Shown: positions 25,872-35,895, counted from the stretch's first letter. The stretch is DNA of 53,673 nt from Candidatus Levyibacteriota bacterium (GCA_018062815.1 JAGORM010000004.1:1-53673), one strand, 5' to 3'. The notes: a model not told the origin generated them from the letters alone. Program-made: numbers and translations.

Positions 25872-27524
25872 TTAAGCAATTTTTTGCATATCTCTTATTT
25901 TTAACTGAATATTCTTGCTTCCTCTCCATTCGTTTAACTCAATAGTGTATGCAATATTCACCATTTCTCCTACCTGAAAAGTTTCAATATTTTTAAGATT
26001 AAACTGTATTCCTTTAAAAAAATCTCCGTCTTTCTCAAATAAAACCTGCAAGTGGTTCCCTTCTTTACCAACCCTACTCAGGGACGCGATTGAAACTGCC
26101 TTTGTCATAAATAAAGGAGTAGGGTTTCCCATACCAAACGGGGACAAAGCCTGAAGGGAATAATAAAGATCAGTGCTTATTGCACTAAAGGATAACTCTA
26201 AATCAATTGATAATAAGCGATCAAATAATTCTTTTTTTATTTCTTTTGCCTTTTTTACTAGTTCTTTTTCAAACGTATCAAGTTTTTCAGTATCTATACT
26301 GAATCCTGCTGCCATCGGATGCCCACCCGCCTCAAAATCCAATCCCGGAACAGATCTAATAAGCTCTATGATGTTTACCCCAGGGATAGATCTTGCAGAC
26401 CCTTTTGATACCTTTCCGCCTATGGATACCGCAATAGATGGTCTATAAAACTCCTCTACTAATCTTGAGGCGATAAGCCCCACAACTCCCTGCTCATAAG
26501 ACTGATCTGATACAAAGATTAAATTTTCCAGGTCACCCTTTCTGTCTATTACTGACGCTTTTGCGTGCTCGGATGACTTAATTGTCAACGACTGGCGTTC
26601 TTGATTTACATTATGAAGTAATTTTGCCAATTCTAATGCCCGCGTTTTATTAGTTGTACAAATTAACCTCAAGGAATCAAGTGCGTGAGAGATTCTCCCA
26701 GAAGCATTTAATCTAGGTGCAATAATATGTCCAATTTGATATGTGTCTATGAACTTGTTGTCAACCTTTCCTTCTGCAAAAAGTGCCAAAAGACCTTCGC
26801 GTTTTGTTTCCCGTAATGCCATTATGCCATGCTTCAAAAATGTTCTATTGTGTCTGTGTAAGGGCACCAAATCCGCAACGGTCGCAAGAGCAACAAGTTC
26901 CAGGTGTACGTTGCTCATTGGAATATTAAATTCCTTTCTAAGCTCAGTGCTCAATAAATAAGCAACTCCTGCACCACAAAGCTCCGTTGTATGAATTACG
27001 GCATCTGCCAAGGGCAGTGTTTTACCTTTTGTATGATGGTCGGAAATAACAACTCTAATTCCTTCTTTTTTTGCGTACTGTACCGGTTTTTCAGCTACAA
27101 TTCCATTATCTACAGTTATGATAAGTCCAATATCCTTATTCTGCTTTTTACAATTTTCAATTCCGGCTATTGATAAGCCATAACCCTCATCAATTCTGTG
27201 CGGAATATAAGGATATACGTTTTTATAAAATGAAAATATTGTCTCCCATAAAATAGCAGTTCCACAAATCCCATCTACATCATAATCCCCATAAATTATA
27301 ATGCCCTTATTTTCTTTAATTGTTTTCTTGATAAGAACAATTGTTTTTTCTACCTCTTTAGTGTCAATTCCAACCGCCTCCTGTGTGATGGTTTCAAGCT
27401 TAGGACTTAAAAAATTCTCAGTACTAAAAGAGTTTTTTATCCCCCTGTTCTCAAGTAGAAGTTTAATAATTTCTTCTTTCGTACTCCCTATCGTGTCTTC
27501 GTTCAGGATTTTCCAACGTTTCAT
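25872..27524 (-). CDS. recJ: Single-stranded-DNA-specific exonuclease RecJ
   Basis: DHH motifs GDYDVDGICG, DNG, SDHH, and DHHA1 motif GGHPMAAG. I prefer the start at ATG 27524 (MKRWKIL) to the TTG at 27578, which would overlap cca. Confidence 0.9.
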   Translation of the reverse strand: MKRWKILNEDTIGSTKEEIIKLLLENRGIKNSFSTENFLSPKLETITQEAVGIDTKEVEKTIVLIKKTIKENKGIIIYGDYDVDGICGTAILWETIFSFYKNVYPYIPHRIDEGYGLSIAGIENCKKQNKDIGLIITVDNGIVAEKPVQYAKKEGIRVVISDHHTKGKTLPLADAVIHTTELCGAGVAYLLSTELRKEFNIPMSNVHLELVALATVADLVPLHRHNRTFLKHGIMALRETKREGLLALFAEGKVDNKFIDTYQIGHIIAPRLNASGRISHALDSLRLICTTNKTRALELAKLLHNVNQERQSLTIKSSEHAKASVIDRKGDLENLIFVSDQSYEQGVVGLIASRLVEEFYRPSIAVSIGGKVSKGSARSIPGVNIIELIRSVPGLDFEAGGHPMAAGFSIDTEKLDTFEKELVKKAKEIKKELFDRLLSIDLELSFSAISTDLYYSLQALSPFGMGNPTPLFMTKAVSIASLSRVGKEGNHLQVLFEKDGDFFKGIQFNLKNIETFQVGEMVNIAYTIELNEWRGSKNIQLKIRDMQKIA

Positions 27525-27544
27525 GATAAAATCAATAGTAACAC

Positions 27545-28924
27545 ATGAAAGAAAAAATTCCTGAAGAAGTTCTATCAATATACAAACGGCTTGAAAATTC
27601 TGGCTTTGAAGTATATTTTGTGGGAGGCTGTGTCCGAAATATTTTACTTCAAAAAAATCCTAAAGACTGGGATCTTACAACAAATGCAACACCAGCGGAA
27701 ATACAAAGCGTTTTTCCCGACTCATTTTATGATAATTCATTTGGAACTGTCGGCATACCTCTTCCCCAAATATTAGAGAATGAACATAAAGGTGTCGTAG
27801 AGATAACTACATACAGAACTGAAGGGAAATATAAAGATCACAGAAGACCGGAAGATGTTTCGTGGGGTAAAACGATTCAGGAAGACTTGCAAAGACGTGA
27901 TTTCACAATGAATGCAATTGCCTTTCGGCTAGAGGAAACTTCTACAAGCTCGCTTACATTCATAGATCCATTTGATGGAATAAAAGATATAGAACTGAAA
28001 ATGATTAAGGCAGTCGGAAATCCTGATGAAAGATTTAAGGAGGACGCACTCCGTCTTATGCGGGCAGTAAGACTTGCAACTCAATTAGGCTTCTTGATAG
28101 ATGCAGATACCCTTATTGCCATAAGAAATGATGCAAAGCTCATAAATCATGTCTCAGGAGAAAGAATAAGAGACGAACTCATAAAGATCTTAGCAACAGA
28201 ATGTGCGTATGAGGGTATTATGTTATTGGATTCGACTGGCTTATTGCAGCATATTCTTCCAGAGCTTGAGCAAGGGAAGGGAGTATCCCAGGAAAGACCG
28301 GGAAGACATCACACGGCAGATGTCTTTACCCATAATGTTTTGTCTTTAAAACATACCCCCGCAACCGACCCAATAGTACGCTTTGCAACATTACTCCATG
28401 ATGCAGGAAAACCTATGGTTAGATCTGAAGATGAACAGGGATTAGTAATATTTTATAACCATGAGATAGCGGGAGCAAAAATAGCTCGTAGTATTGCTGA
28501 CAGACTGCATTTATCTAAAAAGGATAGGGAAAAAATTATAACCCTTATTAGATGGCATATGTTTACCGTAGATGAGAACATCACTGACTCAGCAATTCGT
28601 CGTTTTATAAGACGGGTTGGGATAGAAAATGTAAAAGATATGATTGATCTGAGAATAGGGGATAGGCTTGGAAGTGGTACGCAAACAGCAGAATCGTGGA
28701 GACTTAAACAATTTAAAGAAAGAATCGTAAAAGAATTAAACCCACCTTTTTCAATAAATGATCTTGCTGTTGATGGAAATGATATTATGCAAGTACTCAA
28801 AATAACACCCGGACCTAAAATAGGTGAGGTATTACAAAAAATATTTCTTGAGGTTGACGAAAATTTAGAATTAAATAACAGAGAGTATTTACTCAAAAGA
28901 GTAATGGAATTAGGAAAAGACTAA
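27545..28924 (+). CDS. cca: CCA-adding tRNA nucleotidyltransferase with HD domain
   Basis: GGCVRNILL...DWDLTT, RRDFTMNA and the HD region LLHDAGKP. This fits the tRNA-Gln gene lacking an encoded CCA. Confidence 0.9.
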   Translation: MKEKIPEEVLSIYKRLENSGFEVYFVGGCVRNILLQKNPKDWDLTTNATPAEIQSVFPDSFYDNSFGTVGIPLPQILENEHKGVVEITTYRTEGKYKDHRRPEDVSWGKTIQEDLQRRDFTMNAIAFRLEETSTSSLTFIDPFDGIKDIELKMIKAVGNPDERFKEDALRLMRAVRLATQLGFLIDADTLIAIRNDAKLINHVSGERIRDELIKILATECAYEGIMLLDSTGLLQHILPELEQGKGVSQERPGRHHTADVFTHNVLSLKHTPATDPIVRFATLLHDAGKPMVRSEDEQGLVIFYNHEIAGAKIARSIADRLHLSKKDREKIITLIRWHMFTVDENITDSAIRRFIRRVGIENVKDMIDLRIGDRLGSGTQTAESWRLKQFKERIVKELNPPFSINDLAVDGNDIMQVLKITPGPKIGEVLQKIFLEVDENLELNNREYLLKRVMELGKD

Positions 28925-28957
28925 CACACCTTTATTTATTTATTGTATAATTATTTT

Positions 28958-29410
28958 ATGCTTAAAGAAACTCTAGAAGAAGACATAAAGAAAGCCATGT
29001 TGGATCGGAATGAGAACGTACTCTCTACATTAAGAATGCTCAAAAGCGCAATTCAATACGCAGAGATTAATAAAGGAGTAAACTATTCCGCAACAGATGA
29101 GGATGTTATTGATGTTATCGGAAAAGAAGTAAAAAAAAGACGGGAATCAATTGATTTATATGAAAAAGGCGGAAGACCAGAGCTTGCTGAAAAAGAAAAA
29201 AAAGAGCTAGATATTATTCAAAGATATCTTCCAGAACAATTACAAGAAGATGAAATAAAAAAGATAGTCAATGAAGCGATCTCAACAACCAACGCTTCAG
29301 GAATTCAAGACATGGGCAAAGTAATGGGAATAATCATGCAACAGGTAAAAGGCAAGGCAGATGCAGGAACAGTTTCATCAATCGTCAAATCAAGACTTAC
29401 TCAAAAGTAA
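28958..29410 (+). CDS. GatB/YqeY domain protein
   Basis: MLKETLEEDIKKAML...LSTLRMLKSAIQYAEI...KRRESIDLYEKGGRPELAEKEKKELDIIQRYLP is the classic YqeY pattern. ATG 28958 has TATAAT 6 nt upstream. Confidence 0.85.
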   Translation: MLKETLEEDIKKAMLDRNENVLSTLRMLKSAIQYAEINKGVNYSATDEDVIDVIGKEVKKRRESIDLYEKGGRPELAEKEKKELDIIQRYLPEQLQEDEIKKIVNEAISTTNASGIQDMGKVMGIIMQQVKGKADAGTVSSIVKSRLTQK

Positions 29411-30548
29411 ACCCCAAGATATCTAGTATTTGTCTTGCTTCTTTTATCTTATTGTCTTCAACAAGTTTCTCTATATACTTTAATACGCTTGGAGTATTGA
29501 GGTCATCATCCATAATATGTTCAAATTTTTTTATATTTTCTAAATCATAATTATCTGAAATTCGGAAAGATGCCTTCAAAATATTGCTAACTTTTACCTC
29601 GTCCTGTTTCAACTCAAATTCTTCATACTCCCATGGTGATCTATAATGATGCGATAATAACATCCAACGGATAGCATTGGGTGAGAATTTTTTAAGTAAA
29701 TCATTTGCTAATACTAGGTTCCCTAATGATTTACTCATTTTCTCACCCTCACAAAGCACCATAGACGTATGCATCCATGTATTAACAAAGGGTACTTTTC
29801 CTGTATAGCTTTCTGATTGCGCTATTTCACTTTCGTGATGAGGATAGATAAGGTCACGTCCACCTCCATGAATATCAATCTGTGAACCTAAGAGATTATT
29901 TATCATGGTACTGCATTCAATGTGCCATCCAGGCCTACCTCTCCCCCAAGGAGAATCCCACGCAGGGTCGTCTTCTGATTTGAACCATAAAACAAAATCT
30001 AAAGGATTTTTTTTGTCAGGATCATCCGGATTATTTCCGCGATCTTTTGAAATATGTAGCATTTGTTCTTTTGTGTACCTGGAAAGTTCTCCGTATTTAG
30101 GGAATGTATCTATATCAAAATAAACATTTCCACTTTTTTCATATGCATATCCTTTTTTTATAAGCTCAGAATTTGTATTAATAATTTTATCTACTATACT
30201 AGTTGCAAAAATAAACTGATTAGGATGAACTACATTAAGCGCATCCATTTGCTGATGAAAATGATCAACCCAGTACTCTGCTTCTTGATTCCACGACCTG
30301 CCAGTTTTTTGCGCTTGAGCTATCACGTCATCACCATCGTTTATATCCGTTACATTTTGTAGATAATTTACATCAAACCCTTTATGCCTCAAGTATCTTA
30401 CAAGAACATCAAAAAAAACATATGTAAATGCGTGGCCTAGATGTGTCGCGTTATTTGGTGTTATACCGCAAACATACAAAAGTACCTTATTAGGCATTAT
30501 TGTTTTAAAATCCTCTTTTAACCTGGATTGCGAGTTATATAATCTCAT
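29397..30548 (-). CDS. cysS: Cysteine--tRNA ligase family enzyme lacking the C-terminal anticodon-binding domain (383 aa)
   Basis: YVCGITPNNATHLGHAF (HIGH motif), WHIECS, HGGGRDLIYPHHESEIAQ and KMSKSLGN. The protein ends about 30 aa after DDDLNTP. Confidence 0.85.
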   Translation of the reverse strand: MRLYNSQSRLKEDFKTIMPNKVLLYVCGITPNNATHLGHAFTYVFFDVLVRYLRHKGFDVNYLQNVTDINDGDDVIAQAQKTGRSWNQEAEYWVDHFHQQMDALNVVHPNQFIFATSIVDKIINTNSELIKKGYAYEKSGNVYFDIDTFPKYGELSRYTKEQMLHISKDRGNNPDDPDKKNPLDFVLWFKSEDDPAWDSPWGRGRPGWHIECSTMINNLLGSQIDIHGGGRDLIYPHHESEIAQSESYTGKVPFVNTWMHTSMVLCEGEKMSKSLGNLVLANDLLKKFSPNAIRWMLLSHHYRSPWEYEEFELKQDEVKVSNILKASFRISDNYDLENIKKFEHIMDDDLNTPSVLKYIEKLVEDNKIKEARQILDILGFTFE

Positions 30549-30633
30549 AGAATAAAAATGAATCAGAAATTACACATGGTTCTTATCTTGAAAAATGGGA
30601 ACTTAATACAAAAATAAAATTTTAAATTAAATT

Positions 30634-31539
30634 TTAATTTTTCTTTTGCCTCTTCTTATCAAATTCATACCACAAAACTAAAAGTGGTGATGCATTAAAT
30701 ATAGATGAATATGTTCCGGAAATTACTCCTACTAATAACGCTACAATAAACCACTGGGTTGATGATCCACCAAACAGCAACAACATGAACAACACAAGCA
30801 CAACAGTCACTGAGGTATTCAATGATCTGTTCAATGTTTCAAGCATAGAGTTATTAACGATCAACTCAAAAGGAAGGCGTGAGTCTTTTTTTAAGTTTTC
30901 TCGAATTCTATCAAAAACGACAATTGTATCGTGAACAGAAAATCCCATAACAGTTAGCAGTGCTGTTATAAACAAAGAATCTATTTCAACATGGAAAAAA
31001 TATCCTAATATCGCAAATACCCCGACTACAAGCAACACATCATGTAATAAAGCTACAACTGCTGCTACTCCGTATTTCCAAGAAGCAACAGGGTTTGAGA
31101 CCTTTCTAAACGCGAATGCTATATAAAGAGTTATCGCAACGGATGCAATAACTACCGCTTTTAAGGCATTTGCTTCTGTTTCCGAACCGATTGTTGCACC
31201 TATTGTTTCAAATGATTTTTCAGAAGTCGTGGGATATTTTACTTTAATAACAGACAGCATTTTAGCTTTCTGATCATTATTTAGGGGTTGTGATCTTACT
31301 ACAAAAGTATTCTTAGATATCATTTTTATAGTACTTACATTTACATCATTTTTAATAAGTTCTTGTATCTCCGTTGTAGATATAGTCTTTTTTGATTTTG
31401 ATATCTCAAACTCAGTTTCAGATCCTCCTGTAAAATCAATCGAAGGCTTCAATCCTGAATAAAACAAAAAGAATAATCCCGGAAGTATTATTATTGCGGA
31501 AAAAATAAAGTACCAATTTTTATATTTTATTAAATTCAT
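30634..31539 (-). CDS. secF: Protein translocase subunit SecF
   Basis: DFTGGSE motif and C-terminal 6-TM SecD/F domain (SVHDTIVVFDRIREN). I prefer ATG 31539 to the TTG at 31572. Confidence 0.9.
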   Translation of the reverse strand: MNLIKYKNWYFIFSAIIILPGLFFLFYSGLKPSIDFTGGSETEFEISKSKKTISTTEIQELIKNDVNVSTIKMISKNTFVVRSQPLNNDQKAKMLSVIKVKYPTTSEKSFETIGATIGSETEANALKAVVIASVAITLYIAFAFRKVSNPVASWKYGVAAVVALLHDVLLVVGVFAILGYFFHVEIDSLFITALLTVMGFSVHDTIVVFDRIRENLKKDSRLPFELIVNNSMLETLNRSLNTSVTVVLVLFMLLLFGGSSTQWFIVALLVGVISGTYSSIFNASPLLVLWYEFDKKRQKKN

Positions 31540-31558
31540 TTTATATACATTTAGATTT

Positions 31559-32887
31559 TTAACTCTTATCAAATACCTTGAGTAAATTTCTTGTTACAAT
31601 TATCGCAGAAAACATAGAAATAATTATTCCTATTGCAAGAGTTAATGCGAACCCACGTACTATACCTGTACCAAAATAGTAGAGAATTGCTGATGTGATA
31701 AGACTTGAAATATTTGAATCTCTAATAGACGACCATGCCCTTGCAAAACCCAACCTCACGGCTACTTCTTTTGTCTTGCCTGCCCTGGACTCTTCCTTCA
31801 TTCTCTCAAATATTAAAATATTTGCATCTACAGCCATACCGATTGATAAAATAAATCCCGCAATTCCCGCAAGAGTTAATGTGATAGGTATAAACTTAAA
31901 TATTGCCAATGTTACGATTATATAAATCGATAAAGCTATTGATGCTATAATTCCTTCTTTTTTATAAAGATAACTCATAAATATAACAACCGCACCAAAT
32001 CCTAAAAGTCCTGCAAACAAGGATTTTTTCAAAGAATCTATACCTAAAGAAGGACCGATTGTTTTTTGCGCCAATATTTTAAGAGGGGCAGGAAGTGCAC
32101 CAGAATTGAGCTGAATTGAAAGAGCCTTGGCAGACTCAACGGTAAAATTACCTGTTATAACAGCGTCCCCATTCAGAATTGCTTGATTCACACGCGGAGC
32201 TTCAATTAACTGATTATCTAAAACTATAGCAAGTGACTTACCAATATTTCTTTTCGTAATATCAGCAAACAATTTTGTACCCTGAGGTGTGAAGTTCAAC
32301 TGTACTTGCGGCTGGGAACTTCCTGTATTGCCAAATACAACCTGTGATGACTTTAAATCTCCTCCTGATAATTTAGTTTTTAATGGATTATTTCCAAGAA
32401 AAATTGATAAGCCTACGGGAAGAGTGGGCGATGGTGACGCACCTTTTATCTCTTTCCCTTGTTCCCAAAAAGAAAGCTCAGCTGTTCTTCCGATTAAACC
32501 TGTTGCCTCAGATACATCTGATAAACCAGGAAGCTCAACCACTACACGATATTCATTCCCTAGTTTTAATGTTTGAATACTCGGCTCCCCAACTCCAAAA
32601 AAGTTTATGCGCCTTTCAATGATACTTCTTGCACCCTGAAATGCTTTTTCCTGATCAGATGAAGGGATATTTAACATATCCACTTTGTATGTTAGCTGTG
32701 TTCCTCCTTGAAGATCTAAACCCAACTTATATGAAATATCCTTTTTAAACTGGGTCTTTCCAAAATTGAGATTTATATTCTGAGGAGTCTTTACTCCTAA
32801 GAATTGAAAGTTTTGCGGGAGATCAAAAATTAAAAGAAAAAAAACAGATAAAAAAAGAATGATTATAAATATTTTTGGATTTTTCAT
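31559..32887 (-). CDS. secD: Protein translocase subunit SecD
   Basis: LGLDLQGG, periplasmic P1 domain, and GMAVDANILIFERMKEE. The start at ATG 32887 (MKNPKIF...) gives a normal signal anchor. Confidence 0.9.
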   Translation of the reverse strand: MKNPKIFIIILFLSVFFLLIFDLPQNFQFLGVKTPQNINLNFGKTQFKKDISYKLGLDLQGGTQLTYKVDMLNIPSSDQEKAFQGARSIIERRINFFGVGEPSIQTLKLGNEYRVVVELPGLSDVSEATGLIGRTAELSFWEQGKEIKGASPSPTLPVGLSIFLGNNPLKTKLSGGDLKSSQVVFGNTGSSQPQVQLNFTPQGTKLFADITKRNIGKSLAIVLDNQLIEAPRVNQAILNGDAVITGNFTVESAKALSIQLNSGALPAPLKILAQKTIGPSLGIDSLKKSLFAGLLGFGAVVIFMSYLYKKEGIIASIALSIYIIVTLAIFKFIPITLTLAGIAGFILSIGMAVDANILIFERMKEESRAGKTKEVAVRLGFARAWSSIRDSNISSLITSAILYYFGTGIVRGFALTLAIGIIISMFSAIIVTRNLLKVFDKS

Positions 32888-32957
32888 TTTAAGTTGCTTA
32901 AAGATAAGATAGATCGTGGGTAAGTATAAACCTAAAAAAAGAATTTTATTTGAAAAA

Positions 32958-33533
32958 CTAATTAAGCATACTCTCTTCATCCCCTATCAGCATAATTCTT
33001 GAGCCGCTTATAACAGAAATAATAAATGGGTCAAGGCGCTTTTTTCTAAACACAAACTCCTCCTCAGACATGACTGTGTAATTTATTTCTTTTCCCCGTT
33101 TCGCTTCTTCCTGCTTTACCACCAATGCAAGTTCCGGTAAAACAACAGTTCCTACAACTAGCAGATCTACATCGTCTGGACTTTCTCTTACTTTCCGTGT
33201 AAATTTACCTGAAAGCATTGCATATTTTATCTTTCCCAACTTTACTCTATTTTTAATAATATCAGCTCCTAATCCATTTGTTTTGGCGTATAGATGAATT
33301 AAATCATAATAAAACGGGTAGTTTTTGTCTAGATAATAATAGACTCTATTTGCCCTTGGCTCGCGGGAGAGTATGCCTTTTTTCTCAAGAAGAATTAATT
33401 CTCGTCTTACAGCATTTATCTCTTCACTAACTCTTCTTACAACCTCTCTCACATGAAACATATCATCTGAGTTTTCGATAAATAGAAATAATAATTTTAC
33501 ACGGGTCTTAGATGTTATGAGGTCTTTTAACAT
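32958..33533 (-). CDS. Winged-helix (ArsR-like) domain fused to a minimal nucleotidyltransferase-like domain
   Basis: The N-terminus VREVVRRVSEEINAVRRELILLEKKGIL is a wHTH. The C-terminus LSGKFTRKVRESPDDVDLLVVG resembles the GS...DxD core of MNT-type nucleotidyltransferases. Confidence 0.5.
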   Translation of the reverse strand: MLKDLITSKTRVKLLFLFIENSDDMFHVREVVRRVSEEINAVRRELILLEKKGILSREPRANRVYYYLDKNYPFYYDLIHLYAKTNGLGADIIKNRVKLGKIKYAMLSGKFTRKVRESPDDVDLLVVGTVVLPELALVVKQEEAKRGKEINYTVMSEEEFVFRKKRLDPFIISVISGSRIMLIGDEESMLN

Positions 33534-33611
33534 AGGTTTTAGGGCAAGTTTGTACAAAGAATTGTAACACTTTTTATGCTGTGTCTCAAGAGGTTTTCTT
33601 CTGTAAAATTC

Positions 33612-34799
33612 TTATGGGGTAACCGTTACATCAGTATCTGTTGCGAGTATCTCAAACCATGTGAGCCCACGATTTAAATCAATTTGACGGCCAACAGCAT
33701 CCGTAAGAAGTGTCCTTGATTCTCTCGTTGGCTTTTTCCATCTCCCCTCGATCTCTTTTCCATCCATAAATATCAACGCTTTACCTGTGCCTTTTGTACC
33801 ATAGAGCATATGCAGATTGTTCTCATATCCATCGTTTGCGTTGGATTCTTTCATGAATAGTAATACTATATTTTTTGCGGTCAGAGGCTTCTTTGTATTT
33901 CTGTCCGTGTGACTTTTATCACCATTTTGTCTGGTATAAAGGTTTGTAGCACTATTGTAATTCCATACTACACTAAAATCTTTGTACCCATCCCAAAACT
34001 CAAAAGAAATTTTTTGCGCTGCAGGCCTACTGGACAATGCAACGTCCTCTTTGAATGTATATGGTGTAAAGGTCTTATCCCAACTTACACCATCTTCATC
34101 TTTATTTGATAATTTTCTTTTGTCTGCCGCATACTCCCACAATGCCCCCGTATTTGAATACATTGTATGCTCTGTTGCAACAGGTCGTCCGTTTATATTT
34201 TCAATTCTTTTAAATATTGGGAAAGGAACTGAAAATTGATTCAAATCATTATAAAAATTCCATCCGTAATCTATTATCTGCCCTAATGCATTTGCGGGAC
34301 CTGGTGTGTTTGCTCCGCCTACATGTGCGTATAAAGGATTCTCCCCATACTCTGATATGTAATCAAGAAAATATGTTCTGGCTGAACGAACAGGACCAAT
34401 TTGCCCTGCGTCCTGACAATAAAATACAGCAAGAAAACGTGTAATACCACCTTCTGCTACTGCCTCATATATGACATCCGCTGATTGTAATCCTGACTGT
34501 GGGCGGGCATCAACTGAATTCTCTATCATAACCCCAAGTGGCCTATGCTTCTCCCACCAATTCTTTTGCTGTACTGAATATTTTTCTCCGTTCAGTGGAC
34601 ATGCTTCAGTCTTGGGTAAAGATTCATCGAATACTAATTTCCCATCCTTGTCTCCTCCCACTTGTTTTGGTTGAGGAATAGGCGTTTTTATTAGACTATT
34701 GGTAAATGATGTATTTGCAAAAATGAAATAAGAAATAATGGTTGTTACACCATAGAGGATTATTGAAATAAGAATTATATTTTTTTTTGTTTGCTTCAT
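33612..34799 (-). CDS. DUF3048-family (YerB-like) exported protein
   Basis: RPLGVMIENSVDARPQSGLQSADVIYEAVAEGGITRFLAVF is the family hallmark. N-terminal TM present. Confidence 0.75.
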   Translation of the reverse strand: MKQTKKNIILISIILYGVTTIISYFIFANTSFTNSLIKTPIPQPKQVGGDKDGKLVFDESLPKTEACPLNGEKYSVQQKNWWEKHRPLGVMIENSVDARPQSGLQSADVIYEAVAEGGITRFLAVFYCQDAGQIGPVRSARTYFLDYISEYGENPLYAHVGGANTPGPANALGQIIDYGWNFYNDLNQFSVPFPIFKRIENINGRPVATEHTMYSNTGALWEYAADKRKLSNKDEDGVSWDKTFTPYTFKEDVALSSRPAAQKISFEFWDGYKDFSVVWNYNSATNLYTRQNGDKSHTDRNTKKPLTAKNIVLLFMKESNANDGYENNLHMLYGTKGTGKALIFMDGKEIEGRWKKPTRESRTLLTDAVGRQIDLNRGLTWFEILATDTDVTVTP

Positions 34800-34804
34800 T
34801 TTAC

Positions 34805-35266
34805 TTACATTGTTTTTGCTGTTTTTAATGCTTCTTCCTCTTCTTTTGAGAGTTCATATTCAGAACCCTTCCCATTTGTAACATGCTTCGCGTACCATCT
34901 GGTACCTGATCTTGTATGTAAACTTGATATTATTACCCCGGTACCCTTCGCGTCAACAAGAGCAAGAATAAAACTTTGATCTCCCCCTGTGTCTTTGAAT
35001 GGGTTAAAACGCAAAAGGCCTACTTTTTGGATATGGAGTAGACCACCTGCTTCTAGTTTAACACAGGCCGCAATAAGTTCGTCAAGTGCTTTTTTCATTC
35101 TCTCCTGGTCTAGAACAATTTGATCAAGCATTTTAACTAACGATTCTTTTTTATTTCCCTTTGTTATACGTTGGTAATAAAAAAAGAACCTCAAAAAAAA
35201 CAACGTAAGAACCACATTCCATAATGCAAGAATAAGACATAGAATAAAGATAAATTGAAGATTCAT
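34805..35266 (-). CDS. DUF4446-family protein
   Basis: N-terminal TM, then LLRFNPFKDTGGDQSFILALVDAKGTGVIISSLHTRSGTRWYAK. Confidence 0.7.
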   Translation of the reverse strand: MNLQFIFILCLILALWNVVLTLFFLRFFFYYQRITKGNKKESLVKMLDQIVLDQERMKKALDELIAACVKLEAGGLLHIQKVGLLRFNPFKDTGGDQSFILALVDAKGTGVIISSLHTRSGTRWYAKHVTNGKGSEYELSKEEEEALKTAKTM

Positions 35267-35414
35267 TGTGTTTTGAAAAAAGACCTTTAACGGGTGTTTT
35301 TTATTTTAGCCTCTTGACACAGTGCAAGTCAATATGATACTTTTTGTGTCATGCCCCTTATGAGCACAAATCAGGCTCAATTTAAGTTAGATTATATTTT
35401 GGGTATAAAGCTGT

Positions 35415-35696
35415 ATGAGTAAAAAAAGAAAAACAAAAAAAGAAAAAATGAATGCCCGAATAATTACTCCAGTAAATAACTCAAACACAACCCCCATATA
35501 TTCAATTGTCTCAGCTAGTCAGTCTAAAAATACTTCTATACAAACAGTTACGCCAATATCTTCTCGGGACTATTCCTATGTTCTCCGTGATACTCGTAAA
35601 ACTCTTTTTATAACCTTATTACTCATCTTTTTATCTTTCAGTTTTTACTTTGTCTTGCATAGCAATATCCTAAACATTCATTTTTTAGGATATTAA
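35415..35696 (+). CDS. Hypothetical tail-anchored membrane protein
   Basis: 93 aa with a Lys-rich N-terminus, a Ser/Thr/Asn-rich middle and a single C-terminal TM (LFITLLLIFLSFSFYFVL). TATAAA lies 5 nt upstream of the ATG. Confidence 0.45.
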   Translation: MSKKRKTKKEKMNARIITPVNNSNTTPIYSIVSASQSKNTSIQTVTPISSRDYSYVLRDTRKTLFITLLLIFLSFSFYFVLHSNILNIHFLGY

Positions 35697-35728
35697 TATA
35701 AGCAAGTAAAAGGAGGTGATTACTAAAT

Positions 35729-35872
35729 ATGGCAAGCATGTACTGTGTTAAATGTCGCGCAAAAAGAGAAGATCCAAACGCAACACCAGTTACCATGAAA
35801 AATGGTAAACCAGCAATGAAAGGAAAGTGCCCAGTTTGTGGAACAGCAATGTTCAAAATTGGAGCAAAGTAA
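35729..35872 (+). CDS. 47-aa zinc-ribbon protein (DUF5679-like); below the ORF-track size cutoff
   Basis: My translation is MASMYCVKCRAKREDPNATPVTMKNGKPAMKGKCPVCGTAMFKIGAK, with two CxxC pairs. A perfect SD, AAAGGAGGTGA, lies 9 nt upstream. The 72-aa antisense track ORF 35638..35856 is spurious. Confidence 0.7.
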   Translation: MASMYCVKCRAKREDPNATPVTMKNGKPAMKGKCPVCGTAMFKIGAK

Positions 35873-35895
35873 GCTCTCTTTTGCTACAAAAACCC

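Noticed and set aside
28453-28896. A 147-aa minus-strand ORF.
   Set aside because: It is antisense to the 3' part of cca, which has clear family motifs. It shows no motifs or start signals of its own.
35638-35856. A 72-aa minus-strand ORF.
   Set aside because: It is antisense to the SD-led 47-aa zinc-ribbon gene and to the end of 35415..35696.
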